Source of the DNA: an uncultured Candidatus Bathyarchaeia archaeon
GTDB lineage: Archaea > Thermoproteota > Bathyarchaeia > 40CM-2-53-6
Direction of reading: 5' to 3'
Length of the DNA: 53,873 nt
NCBI GenBank assembly: GCA_964394935.1
Contig: CAYMZN010000005.1
Span: 1 to 53,873 of the forward strand
A model generated the notes under the pieces. The model was not told the origin of the DNA and searched no databases. It saw only the letters and a list, made by a program, of their open reading frames with translations. Below are positions 9,514-18,748 of the stretch, piece by piece (positions within the stretch are counted from its first letter, which is position 1; each line of letters begins with the position of its first letter). A program made the position numbers and the translations under genes.

Positions 9514-9771
9514 TCACGGTACACCAAGCCTGAAGTTTGCTTGTGACCCGCACTTGCTACACTTGCAGTATCCCAGATCATCAACTGTGAAACTGGTGTG
9601 CTGACCGCAAGCAACGCATTCGCCTTCGAAGGACCTCAACATGCCTACCCTTGACAAGCCTTCCTCGGCCAGCCTCTTCTCCTTCGCCTCCCTCTTCAGT
9701 TTCGAATCGGCCAGGCGTATGCGTTCTTCCTTCAGTTTAGCGAGGTAGGCCTTGGGTAGCTTTCGAGGCAT
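9514..9771 (-). CDS. Small basic protein with a C-terminal Cys-rich zinc-ribbon-like motif
   Basis: Charged helical N-terminus, CVAC...CKCSKC. ATG start, with a TATA-like CTTATAC about 33 nt upstream. Confidence 0.6.
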   Translation of the reverse strand: MPRKLPKAYLAKLKEERIRLADSKLKREAKEKRLAEEGLSRVGMLRSFEGECVACGQHTSFTVDDLGYCKCSKCGSQANFRLGVP

Positions 9772-9820
9772 TAGCAGACCTTGTGGAGAATGGCTCGGGC
9801 CTCGTATAAGGGTGACCGGG

Positions 9821-10996
9821 TTAGGCCTCGCTTGAGATGGTCCGTTCAGTCCCGTTGGACCTGAGTGTGTCGAGTCTTTCTGCTATGAAGGCGGCGAGGC
9901 TCGCCCCAATATTCGGAAGCGCCTGCAAACCCTTCAGTCCGCGTCTCTCGTACAGTGTCAAGATGTTATGGTCTAGCTCGTCGATAGTCCATCCTGCCCT
10001 CCGGTAGGCCCAGATCTTGTAGGACGGGGCAGACTCCAGGTCCATCTGGTAGCATTTCTTGAAGATCTCTTCAGCAAGGCGCTTGTTCATCGCCAATTGG
10101 CCGTCTTGAATGTAGCGGGGCATCCTGTCGAGGATGTCGTACTTCGCGCAGAAATCTCTCACTTTCAGTCCTATCCTGCAGGCGTAGCTTGCGTCGACTG
10201 AGCTGTATGCCTCACCGTAGAGTTTCTTGTACTTCTTGACGAGGGCAGGCTCATGTCTCTTCAATGCCTCGAGAAAGTAAACAGCTTGCGCTCCGCTCAT
10301 TGTCAGCCCAGCGGCAAGCACAAATTTACCTCCATTCTCCGCGGTCTTCTTCACAACGGCCTCTAGGTTCGAGTCGTCGTCGCAGACATAGGGTAAGATC
10401 GGCATGAAGGCCGTGCCCGTCAGTATTCCTGAGTCCGCAATCTTCCTCATTGTCAGGAATCGGCCCTCGATCCTCGGGGCATACGGCTCGAAGATCTGTC
10501 CGTAGCCCCCTGAGTCAGGACGAACTATGCTGAACATGACGCATGCCCAGCTTCGTTCGTTGATTTGTGACATTAGGTCAAGGTCCTTCAAGACGAGTGG
10601 GGATTTCTCCAGGATCAGCGTTGGGAAACCAAGTTCAGCACAGACCTTCAACATCTCGCGAGAGAGGCCGTATTTTGCTTCGGCGGGCTGGTAGTCGCCG
10701 ACGGCTATCACGTCCCTCCGGACCTTTGACAGCTCCTTCCGCAGGAGCTCAGCCGCATTCGTCTTGACCTTAATGTACTGCGAAAAGGGATCAGGAAGAT
10801 GGTGGGCTGCTGGATCCCGTGCCAGCATGTTGTACTTCTCATCCCGCCAGTAGCAGTAGACGCATCCTTCTTGACAGCCCACGTAGGGATGAGCGCTGTA
10901 CTTCGTCCAAAACCAGCCACCATCCACGTGCTTGTGGACGTTGAGAATGCGTTTGGGCTGGTATGGGACGTACGCTACCGTGCCCTTCAAAGTCAT
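9821..10996 (-). CDS. Spore-photoproduct-lyase-like (SplB/Rv2578c-type) radical SAM protein with a C-terminal PolX/Pol-beta N-terminal HhH domain
   Basis: PYVGCQEGCVYCY (CX3CX2C), DYQPAE, LEKSPLVLKDLD, FMPILPY. The C-terminus reads WAYRRAGWTIDEL...LQALPNIGASLA. GGTGA RBS just before ATG 10996. Confidence 0.85.
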   Translation of the reverse strand: MTLKGTVAYVPYQPKRILNVHKHVDGGWFWTKYSAHPYVGCQEGCVYCYWRDEKYNMLARDPAAHHLPDPFSQYIKVKTNAAELLRKELSKVRRDVIAVGDYQPAEAKYGLSREMLKVCAELGFPTLILEKSPLVLKDLDLMSQINERSWACVMFSIVRPDSGGYGQIFEPYAPRIEGRFLTMRKIADSGILTGTAFMPILPYVCDDDSNLEAVVKKTAENGGKFVLAAGLTMSGAQAVYFLEALKRHEPALVKKYKKLYGEAYSSVDASYACRIGLKVRDFCAKYDILDRMPRYIQDGQLAMNKRLAEEIFKKCYQMDLESAPSYKIWAYRRAGWTIDELDHNILTLYERRGLKGLQALPNIGASLAAFIAERLDTLRSNGTERTISSEA

Positions 10997-11046
10997 CTCA
11001 CCAGTCGAATCCTCAGCAAAGCTCTGCCTTAGGTTCAACTCGCTAT

Positions 11047-11360
11047 TTACCGACAGACCGACCGATGAATTCTCGCTTCGCGGAATCCGGCAGGCATGTT
11101 GTAGCCTTTGGGCGCTGCTACCATCGACAAAGCGATGCCCGTGTTTCCACTCGTCGCCTCGACTGGGGTACAGCCCGGTTTCAGAAGTCCTCTAAGTTTT
11201 GCCTGTTCGACGATGTATTTTGCTATTCGATCTTTGACGCTCCCACTTGGGTTCATGAACTCTGCCTTCGCATAGACGCAACAAGGCGGATCTTTGCGTA
11301 GTATCGCCAACTTGAGCATAGGCGTATTTCCGATAGTGTCCAAAACAGATTCATGAGCTG
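11047..11360 (-). pseudogene. cysK: Truncated cysteine synthase (CysK/CysM) N-terminal fragment
   Basis: SVLDTIGNTPM, AKAEFMNPSGSVKDRIA (PLP Lys), EATSGNTGIALS. Similarity ends after about 90 aa. Confidence 0.8.
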
Positions 11361-11550
11361 GCGTTCTGATCGCCCGCAAGATAGTCGACCGTTGAGCAGC
11401 CGGTGCGGCATGTCGGCGCGATCTCCCTAAAACACTTTTGTGGACGTTTCCGGCTCGACTAGCTCGGTTTCGTGAATTCGCTACTCCTCCCTGGAGCAGG
11501 TTCCTCCCATCAGTTGTGATGATTTCAGGCAATGCGTTGTTCTCATAGTC

Positions 11551-11643
11551 TCATCTCCCTGAGCACAAGTTTCGGAACGGCATTCTCGATCGTGGCAGCA
11601 TCGCCCGCCCGGTCTTTCCCGCTGGGCCTGTAAGAAGAATCAT
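11551..11643 (-). pseudogene. Remnant of an NAD(P)-binding (NmrA/SDR-like) protein N-terminus
   Basis: ATG 11643 reads MILLTGPAGKTGRAM, a Rossmann TGxxGxxG start, then degenerates and stops at 11551. Confidence 0.45.
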
Positions 11644-11667
11644 GTGCTCTCGCTGGTGTCGTGTCGC

Positions 11668-12138
11668 TTATTCACAGATATCTGCCACCTTGGCATCTGT
11701 AAGTCTAGCAATGTCACGCGGGTTGATCTCGATCAGGGCCTCGGGCGTTCCTGCCCCACCGTAGACCTTGCTGAGACTCATAACCTTCCGATCTATGACT
11801 GTGGGTATTCGGTTTTTATGACCGAGAGGCGGCATTGTGCCGACCTCAAAGCCTGTCAAGTTTTTCGTGGCCTCGGCGGGGGCGATCCTAACCTTCGACG
11901 CCTCCACGGCAGTACAGAGTTTTCTTCTGTCCACTCGCTTGTCTCCCGTGACTATTGCCAGCACAGGTGAATCTTTCTGATCTGTGAAGACTATGCTCTT
12001 GATAATCATCGAAAGCGGGACTTGAAGTTGGGTTGCAGCATCTTGCGCCGTCACTGTTGGGCCTTCGGTGATGTGAATCTTGTAATCCACGCCAGCTACT
12101 TCAAGAGAAGTCTTAACAGCCTCAGACATCGGCATCAT
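11668..12138 (-). CDS. YbaK/EbsC (ProX) aminoacyl-tRNA deacylase family
   Basis: TVTAQDAA, IIKSIVF, GDKRVD, TGFEVGTMPPLG, VYGGAG. Confidence 0.9.
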   Translation of the reverse strand: MMPMSEAVKTSLEVAGVDYKIHITEGPTVTAQDAATQLQVPLSMIIKSIVFTDQKDSPVLAIVTGDKRVDRRKLCTAVEASKVRIAPAEATKNLTGFEVGTMPPLGHKNRIPTVIDRKVMSLSKVYGGAGTPEALIEINPRDIARLTDAKVADICE

Positions 12139-12352
12139 CTTCTTGTGTGTAAAGGCTACCGTTCTTCTTCAGATTGGCTTAGCGGTTACTGCGCCTTGGT
12201 CAGCAGAGAAGCCAAGTAGGTGCCTTCGGTTGGTCTAAGATAGAACCAAAACTGTCTAAGCAGATGCTTTCGGGAGCCCGTTGTTGACGGTGATTGTATA
12301 CTGAATTCTCAAATGAGCATCGCCCTCCGTATGGTGGTTGAGGAAAGTCTCG

Positions 12353-12574
12353 ATGAGCAAGAGAAACGCGTTGACTGAGCAGAGCGTCGTTGTTGATGAC
12401 GTGCTTTCCATGCTGACAGGACGTCCGAGGGGTACGCTTCTCAGTTTTACAGAGATCACGAAAGGCCTCCACGATTACATCAAGATGAATGGTTTGCGAC
12501 AAAGATTTTGCCCGCATTGCAACGCACCGCTGACTTCGTCAGAGCACGTACCGGTTACGATATCGCCGACGTAG
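12353..12574 (+). CDS. Small SWIB/MDM2-like protein with a C-terminal CxxC
   Basis: LSFTEITKGLHDYIKMNGL resembles the SWIB core S/RTEVxKxLWxYIKxNxL, followed by FCPHCNAPL. GAGGA RBS before ATG 12353. Confidence 0.55.
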   Translation: MSKRNALTEQSVVVDDVLSMLTGRPRGTLLSFTEITKGLHDYIKMNGLRQRFCPHCNAPLTSSEHVPVTISPT

Positions 12575-12639
12575 ACTGTAGGCCCCTTTTTCGACTGTAA
12601 CAGGTTCCTTCGGCCTCCGTTTTCTTCAGTTGCTAATTC

Positions 12640-13032
12640 AGATTCTACAAACTCGCTTATCCAAACCAGGTCCCAGATCCCGCAGCAGGCGAGATCTTCG
12701 CGTGACATGTGGGTCGGCGAGCGTCCCAAGACACCAAGGACCGAAGACGATGTGCCTCAAATAATTGCGGATCTCCGAAAGTTCGAAGAGCTCAGGCCAA
12801 AGATGCTGTTCGCCTCGCTAGGGAAGATCGTCCTCAATCCACGCGAGGTCATCAAGAGACCTCGGACGTATCTAGAAGAAATGCGAGACAAGATCATCAA
12901 GCTTCACTCCGAAGGGAAATCCTCGGATCAGATCCGAGACGAACTCTTGGGAGAGAGAGTGTACTAGCGGCGGTTACGCAGTATCAACTCTCAACAAAGG
13001 TCTTCATCGAGTCTTTCTTGCGACACGCATGA
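12640..13032 (+). pseudogene. C-terminal remnant of a metallo-beta-lactamase-fold hydrolase
   Basis: Frameshifted pieces ...GEIF / DMWVGERPK...IIADLRKFEELRPKMLFASLG...IRDELLG / RESVLAAVTQYQLSTKVFIESFL. The HxHxDH N-terminal part is missing. Confidence 0.6.
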
Positions 13033-13082
13033 TTTTTCTCGTGTTTCATTGTCGTTCGATTTCGATTTCGCACCCGCAATGG

Positions 13083-13089
13083 TTTATAA
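13083..13089 (+). promoter_or_regulatory. TATA box of the rpoD-rpl18e-rpl13-rps9-rpoN-eno operon
   Basis: TTTATAA about 75 nt upstream of rpoD in otherwise GC-richer sequence. Confidence 0.6.
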
Positions 13090-13161
13090 GCGCCCTGAAA
13101 ACCTAGACTGAAGCCCTGCCAGAAACAACTAGGAGTAACACGACAGAAGGTCACGCGCGTC

Positions 13162-13989
13162 ATGGAGGTTGAGATCCTCGAGGAAAGAGGAGAGTCGCTC
13201 AGGTTCATCCTGCGGGGAAGCTTCCCCGCATTCACTAACGCCCTCCGGCGCGCGATGCTTGCCGATGTCCCCGTGATGGCGATCGAGGACGTAATCTTCG
13301 TCGAGAATACCTCCGTCATGTATGATGAGATCCTCGCACATCGGCTCGGCCTGATCCCTCTAAAGACCGATCTGGATGCATATGTTCCGCGGGAAGAATG
13401 CGACTGTAAGAGTGACTTGGGATGTGCAAAGTGTACAGCTTCCTTCGTGCTCGAGGCCGAAGCGACCGAGCAGACGATCGCAGTTAGTTCTGGTGATCTG
13501 AAACCAGCCGCAGGTGTCGTTCCCGTATCAGATAAGATACCGATCTTGAAACTTGCAGCTGGACAGAAGGTCAGGCTCGAAGCCTACGCACGCTTGGGAA
13601 GGGGGTCGGAGCATGCGAAGTGGCAGGCAGCCTCAGTCGCTGCATACAAGTACCTGCCTATGATCACGCTTCGGCCTGAGAACCTCTCAAACCCAGAAGA
13701 GGTCATCAACTGCTGCCCTACACACGTCTTTGCTTCCGACTCCGCACGAAAAATCTTCATCAAGAGTGAGCTTGCCTGCATCCTGTGCATGGTCTGCGTG
13801 GAACAGGCAGTTCCTTTGGATCAACGGAAGGCTCGGCCGGTCGAGGTCAAAGGCGACGACACAACGTTCGTGTTCCAAATCGAGGCTACTGGGGCTCTTC
13901 CACCCAGAAGAATCCTCAAGGAGGCCGCGGCGGGCCTCAGCAAGAAGGCTGAGGCGATGACCGCGCTAGTCCAAGCAGAACAGAAGTGA
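13162..13989 (+). CDS. rpoD: DNA-directed RNA polymerase subunit D (Rpo3)
   Basis: NALRRAMLADVPVMAI, ENTSVMYDEILAHRLGLIPL, ARLGRGSEHAKWQ. Also a CDC..C..C loop and a ferredoxin-like domain III. Confidence 0.97.
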   Translation: MEVEILEERGESLRFILRGSFPAFTNALRRAMLADVPVMAIEDVIFVENTSVMYDEILAHRLGLIPLKTDLDAYVPREECDCKSDLGCAKCTASFVLEAEATEQTIAVSSGDLKPAAGVVPVSDKIPILKLAAGQKVRLEAYARLGRGSEHAKWQAASVAAYKYLPMITLRPENLSNPEEVINCCPTHVFASDSARKIFIKSELACILCMVCVEQAVPLDQRKARPVEVKGDDTTFVFQIEATGALPPRRILKEAAAGLSKKAEAMTALVQAEQK

Positions 13990-13992
13990 TGG

Positions 13993-14361
13993 GTGACGAT
14001 AATGCGAAGAGGAATTACGAATCCTGAACTCAACGATACAATTTCTGCCCTAAAGAGGAAGGGGAGGCAAAACAAGTCGCCGATATGGTTGCGTGTAGCA
14101 GGGTTCCTCGCCAAACCAAAGCGGTCCAGAGTCGCGGTCAATTTGAGTAGGATCACAAGAAATACGAAGAGAGGTGAAATCGTCGCGGTTCCGGGCAAGG
14201 TTCTAGCAGCGGGGTCGATTAACCACTCGATCCATATTGGGGCATTCAAGTTCTCCCAGACCGCGAGGACAAAGATCGAGAAGGCGGGCGGATCATGCTT
14301 CAGCCTAACCAAGCTCGCAGACGATCATCCTAATGGGAGCAAAGTCAGAATCCTGAGGTGA
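13993..14361 (+). CDS. rpl18e: 50S ribosomal protein L18e
   Basis: TNPEL, VNLSRI, VPGKVLAAG, FSQTARTKIEKAGG; conserved synteny. Confidence 0.96.
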   Translation: MTIMRRGITNPELNDTISALKRKGRQNKSPIWLRVAGFLAKPKRSRVAVNLSRITRNTKRGEIVAVPGKVLAAGSINHSIHIGAFKFSQTARTKIEKAGGSCFSLTKLADDHPNGSKVRILR

Positions 14362-14367
14362 AACCGA

Positions 14368-14811
14368 ATGTCGAAGCAGCGCATCATCATCGACGCCTCC
14401 AACCTGATACTAGGGCGACTCGCAAGCTTCACCGCTAAGCATGCACTACAAGGAGACGAGGTTGTGGTCTTCAACGCCGAGAACGCGGTGATCTCTGGCA
14501 CGAAAACGAACATCGTTGAGGAGGCAAAGCGGCGGCTCGAGACAAGGACTTTGGCGTCTCAGTACAAGGCTCCAACTCATCCTCGAAGACCCGACACCTA
14601 CGTGCGCCGCGTGATTCGGGGCATGCTTCCTCGAAGGAAGCCAAAAGGAAGCGCTGCCTTCAAGCGAATTCGCGTCTACATAGGCACCCCTGAAGAGTAT
14701 CGCGACAAGCCCACGGTCAGAATCCCTGATGCTGAGGCTTCAAAGCTCAGGTGCCCACACATTACGGTCGGTGAGCTCTCTGAGGAGATAGGGGGACCCT
14801 GGAAGGCATGA
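14368..14811 (+). CDS. rpl13: 50S ribosomal protein L13
   Basis: IDASNLILGRLAS, NAENAVISG, RRVIRGMLP. Confidence 0.97.
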   Translation: MSKQRIIIDASNLILGRLASFTAKHALQGDEVVVFNAENAVISGTKTNIVEEAKRRLETRTLASQYKAPTHPRRPDTYVRRVIRGMLPRRKPKGSAAFKRIRVYIGTPEEYRDKPTVRIPDAEASKLRCPHITVGELSEEIGGPWKA

Positions 14812-15218
14812 GCGAACGGAAGAGGATACTCCTGGTTACGGGAAAGAGAAAGGCTGCTATCGCCCGCGCTGTCATCAAGCCGGGTCACGGCAACGTGACT
14901 GTGAACGAGTTCCCTGTGAACACTATCTCGCCCGAGCTCGCCCGCGCAAGAATTTCGGAGCCATTAGCGCTTGCAGGTGATCGGCTGAACACGGTGGATC
15001 TCCGTGTCAGGGTTCACGGAGGAGGCGTCATGGGGCAGGCTGAAGCCGCTAGGATGGCGATCGCGCGCGCACTCGTTGAGTATACTAGGAGTGCTGAGCT
15101 CCGGAGAGTCTTTACAAGCTTCGACAGAACGATGCTGGCAGGAGACGCAAGAAGGAAGGAGCCTAAGAAGTTCGGCGGCCCCGGGGCAAGACGAAGGGAG
15201 CAGAAGTCCTACCGCTAG
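14808..15218 (+). CDS. rps9: 30S ribosomal protein S9
   Basis: GKRKAAIARA, GGGVMGQAEA, DARRKEPKKFGGPGARRREQKSYR. Confidence 0.98.
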   Translation: MSERKRILLVTGKRKAAIARAVIKPGHGNVTVNEFPVNTISPELARARISEPLALAGDRLNTVDLRVRVHGGGVMGQAEAARMAIARALVEYTRSAELRRVFTSFDRTMLAGDARRKEPKKFGGPGARRREQKSYR

Positions 15219-15239
15219 GCCGCATGAGTTGGTCTCATA

Positions 15240-15464
15240 ATGATAATTCCCGTGCGATGCTTCACATGTGGAAAGGTCATCGGTGACCGCTGGGAAGAGT
15301 TTGCCCGCCGCACCAAACTGGGAGAAAACCCCGGCAAGATTCTCGACGAGCTGGGCATGAAACGCTACTGCTGCAGACGGATGTTCATATCCCACGTTGA
15401 AGTGATCGACGAGTTCCTCAAGTACAGTGAGGTTTCTGCACGAAAACGCAGTCAAGTCCAGTAG
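15240..15464 (+). CDS. rpoN: DNA-directed RNA polymerase subunit N (Rpo10)
   Basis: [15 protein letters not shown]...[11 protein letters not shown]. Confidence 0.98.
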   Translation: MIIPVRCFTCGKVIGDRWEEFARRTKLGENPGKILDELGMKRYCCRRMFISHVEVIDEFLKYSEVSARKRSQVQ

Positions 15465-15473
15465 GCGTCCGAT

Positions 15474-16736
15474 TTGCCGGTTCCAGCGAAGATCAGTGGC
15501 GTCACAGCCCGCAGAATCCTCGACAGCCGCGGAGAGTCTACAGTTGAAGTAGACATGGCAAGCAAGGGAGTCATGGTCCGAGTAGCCGCTCCCTCAGGAA
15601 AGAGCCGTGGAAAGTGGGAGGTTCAACCCTTCCCGGACGGCGGAGTTGACGAAGCCGTTGAACGGGTCAGGGAACTCGTAGCCCCTGAGCTCTCCGGAAT
15701 GAACGCCGATCGCCAACAGCAAATCGACGAAAAGCTGCATGAGATAGACGGAACCGAACGGTTCATTCGGATCGGCGGGAACACAGCCTACGCAGTCTCT
15801 GTCGCCGCCGCGCTACTCGCATCGATGGTTCAGAAGATACCACTCTATCGGAAACTCGCCGGTTCGACGAAGGTCAGGATCTCTCTGCCGCTCGGAAACG
15901 TCGTCGGCGGAGGGGCACATGCGAAGGGCAAGCGAACCGACATTCAGGAATTCTTGGTGGTCCCGACATCGTCGTCGTCCGCCCTTCAGGCAGCGGAGGC
16001 CAATACTAGGACCCACGCCGAGATTGCAAGGCTCGCCATAGAGAAGGGATCAGCCATGATTGGAAAGGGCGACGAAGGCGGCTGGGTGGTTGACATGACA
16101 ACCGAACAGACACTCGACCTGATCACCAACGCATGCCAAACCGTCTCACTGGCGACCGGAGTAGACGTGAGAGTCGGTCTCGACGTTGCAGCCTCAAGCC
16201 TCTGGGACGAGAGAGAGCGGGTCTACATCTACAAACGAGATGGAAAAAGGCTCAGCGAAGGCGAGCAGATGGACTTCATGCTGAGCCTGATTGATCGTTA
16301 CAAGCTCGTCTACCTCGAGGATCCGCTGCATGAGGACGCGTTCGAAGCATTCGCAGAGCTCCGGAAGAAGGCTGGAAGTACGCTAATCTGCGGCGACGAT
16401 CTTCTCGTCACCAACACGGCGAGGATCAATCAGTCGCTCAAGTACGGATCCGCCAACGCCATGATCGTCAAGACGAACCAAGTTGGAACACTCTCAGACT
16501 CAAGGAGAGCGGTCGAGAAGGCCCAATCCGCGGGCTACGTGACCGTCATGTCACATCGTTCAGGGGAAGTCTGCTCAGGAGAACTGGCACAGATCGCGGT
16601 CGGCCTGTCCTGTCCAATGATAAAGTGCGGCGTCGTCGGCGGCGAGCGCGTCTCCAAACTCAACGAGCTCATTAGAATCGAGGAAGACGCGGAGAAGAGG
16701 AAGGCCCTAGCGGGAATGGCCCGGATACCTAGCTAG
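15474..16736 (+). CDS. eno: Enolase
   Basis: ILDSRG, DIQEF, GDEGG, LDVAAS, EDP, GDDL, KTNQVGT, SHRSGE, ERVSKLNEL. Confidence 0.95.
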   Translation: MPVPAKISGVTARRILDSRGESTVEVDMASKGVMVRVAAPSGKSRGKWEVQPFPDGGVDEAVERVRELVAPELSGMNADRQQQIDEKLHEIDGTERFIRIGGNTAYAVSVAAALLASMVQKIPLYRKLAGSTKVRISLPLGNVVGGGAHAKGKRTDIQEFLVVPTSSSSALQAAEANTRTHAEIARLAIEKGSAMIGKGDEGGWVVDMTTEQTLDLITNACQTVSLATGVDVRVGLDVAASSLWDERERVYIYKRDGKRLSEGEQMDFMLSLIDRYKLVYLEDPLHEDAFEAFAELRKKAGSTLICGDDLLVTNTARINQSLKYGSANAMIVKTNQVGTLSDSRRAVEKAQSAGYVTVMSHRSGEVCSGELAQIAVGLSCPMIKCGVVGGERVSKLNELIRIEEDAEKRKALAGMARIPS

Positions 16737-16816
16737 AGCAAGAAGGTTCTATCCACTTCGGTAAGACGATGCGTAGATTTCACAAGATGTAAGCATCGGA
16801 AAGTGCCACCTGAGTA

Positions 16817-18064
16817 ATGAGCCCGTCGAAGTCGGTGGTGAGGAAGCGGTTGGAGAAGAGGTATCAAGCCTCTTGGAGGGAGATAGGTACAGACGTATAC
16901 TGGCTAAGCATACCTGACGGCGAAAGCAAACTCTTCGAGAACATCTGGCCGATACCTGATGGAATCAATTACAATGCCTACCTAATCGGAGGCGAAGGAG
17001 AATACCTGCTAGTAGATTCATCAAAGAGGATTCTACCCCCGGACAAATTGCTTGACCTGATCAGAGCTATCGTGGAGCCTAGTAGAATCAAACATATCGC
17101 CATCCTCCACACGGAACCCGATCACAGCGGCCTGATAAAGGAAGCTTCGCGCAGGCTTGCGAGCCCGAGACTCTACTCGACGTCGAGAGCCTCGGTGCTC
17201 ATGAAGAGACTGTTCAACATCGAACCCAGTGTTTTGAAGGACGGAGAATCATTGAGAGTTGGAAATAGGACCCTCAGAGTGATCGAATTGCCGTGGACAC
17301 ACTGGCCTGACGCCATTTTCCTGTACTTGGAGGATGAAGGAATCCTGTTCACCTCGGACGCTTTCGGAGCCTTTGGAGCCCTAGAGAAGCCAGTATTCGA
17401 TGATGAGGTTGACTTCTCTTCCTACGTGCGGCAAGCGAAGGAGTACTTCGCGACTGTCCTTGTTGCATACAGGCGGATGGTCCTGCATGACCTTGAGAAG
17501 GTCAAGAAGCTTGGACTTAGCGTCAGGATGATCGCTCCGGCGCACGGGATCGTGCTGAGGAGCAGGATTAAGCAGTTTACTGAAACCACAACGTCATGGT
17601 GTACGCTGAAGAAGAAGAGGAAGATCGCAGTCGTATACGGCTCGATGTACGGCTTCACTGAGAAGCTTGCAGGCTTCGCTTCTATGGTTCTCAAGAAGGC
17701 TGAGGAAGTCATCCTACACGATGCTGTAGAAGACGAAGTGAATGACATATTGAGTGACATAGTTGACTCCGCAGGAACGGTCTTCATAACTCCGACTTAC
17801 GAGGCGGATGTCTTCCCGCCGGTCAGCAACCTGCTAGAGCTGTTGAGGGTTAAGAAGCTCGGCGAAGGAAAACATGCAGCAGCGCTCGTAACGAGGCTGT
17901 GGGGTGGCAAAGCTGGAGCCAGCCTCGTCTCCAAACTGAAAGAGTCAGGGTACAGCGTCTTCGAGCCGGTCGGCGAGTACGTAAACTATCCGTCTGAGCA
18001 AGACTTGAACAATATCAGAGAATTCCTTCTGGGCTTTTCAGAGAAGGCTTTGAAGGACCTTTGA
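16817..18064 (+). CDS. fprA: FprA-type flavodiiron protein (O2/NO reductase, class A)
   Basis: YNAYLI, HTEPDHSG, HWPD, SDAFG, IAPAHG and a C-terminal flavodoxin domain (YGSMYGFT). Confidence 0.9.
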   Translation: MSPSKSVVRKRLEKRYQASWREIGTDVYWLSIPDGESKLFENIWPIPDGINYNAYLIGGEGEYLLVDSSKRILPPDKLLDLIRAIVEPSRIKHIAILHTEPDHSGLIKEASRRLASPRLYSTSRASVLMKRLFNIEPSVLKDGESLRVGNRTLRVIELPWTHWPDAIFLYLEDEGILFTSDAFGAFGALEKPVFDDEVDFSSYVRQAKEYFATVLVAYRRMVLHDLEKVKKLGLSVRMIAPAHGIVLRSRIKQFTETTTSWCTLKKKRKIAVVYGSMYGFTEKLAGFASMVLKKAEEVILHDAVEDEVNDILSDIVDSAGTVFITPTYEADVFPPVSNLLELLRVKKLGEGKHAAALVTRLWGGKAGASLVSKLKESGYSVFEPVGEYVNYPSEQDLNNIREFLLGFSEKALKDL

Positions 18065-18118
18065 GCGGACTCGCTTCAACCTGAAGTAATCATGGCGATT
18101 CCATGCAGTCGGGCGTGG

Positions 18119-18748
18119 CTAGATCAGTTTCATGATCTGATCGACAACTCTCTCAGGGTCGACGTTCGGGTCGTCGTTTCTTATGTCCTTGAGCAGGTTC
18201 TTTGACCAATAGAAGTTTACGATAGGTTCAGATGCTTCTCTATAGACTTTGAGGCGCTCGCGGATGACTTCGGGCTGGTCGTCTACACGCCTGAATAGCT
18301 CGCCCCCGCACTTGTCGCACTTGCCTGGAATCCTGGGCTTCAACGTTTTCTCATTGTAAATCGTGCCACACGTCTTGCATTGTAGTCTCGCTGATAGCCT
18401 ATCCACAATTACGCTGTCAGGCACGTTGAGATTCACCACCGTGTCGACCTTTGTGATCTTCTCGAGTTCCATGGCCTGGCCGACGGTTCTTGGGTAACCT
18501 TCGAGTATGAATCCCTTCAACAGCTCAGAGGCTAGGCGTTTCTTCAATATCTCGGTGATGATCTCATCCGGCACCAACGTGCCAGAGCTGCTGTACTTCT
18601 CAATCGCTTTTCCGAGCGGTGTTTGGTTGCGTATCTCTTCCCTGACCAAGTCACCGGTCGAGATGTGCGGAATGCCCAGCCTCTTGCTCAGCCTAGAAGC
18701 GTATGTTCCTTTTCCCGAACCGGGTGGTCCGAATATCACGATCTTCAC
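18119..18748 (-). CDS. adk: Adenylate kinase, bacterial type with a Zn-LID
   Basis: GPPGSGKGT, HISTGDL, EGYPRT, CKTC...CDKC LID, RVDD. GGAGGT RBS before GTG 18748. Confidence 0.92.
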   Translation of the reverse strand: MKIVIFGPPGSGKGTYASRLSKRLGIPHISTGDLVREEIRNQTPLGKAIEKYSSSGTLVPDEIITEILKKRLASELLKGFILEGYPRTVGQAMELEKITKVDTVVNLNVPDSVIVDRLSARLQCKTCGTIYNEKTLKPRIPGKCDKCGGELFRRVDDQPEVIRERLKVYREASEPIVNFYWSKNLLKDIRNDDPNVDPERVVDQIMKLI

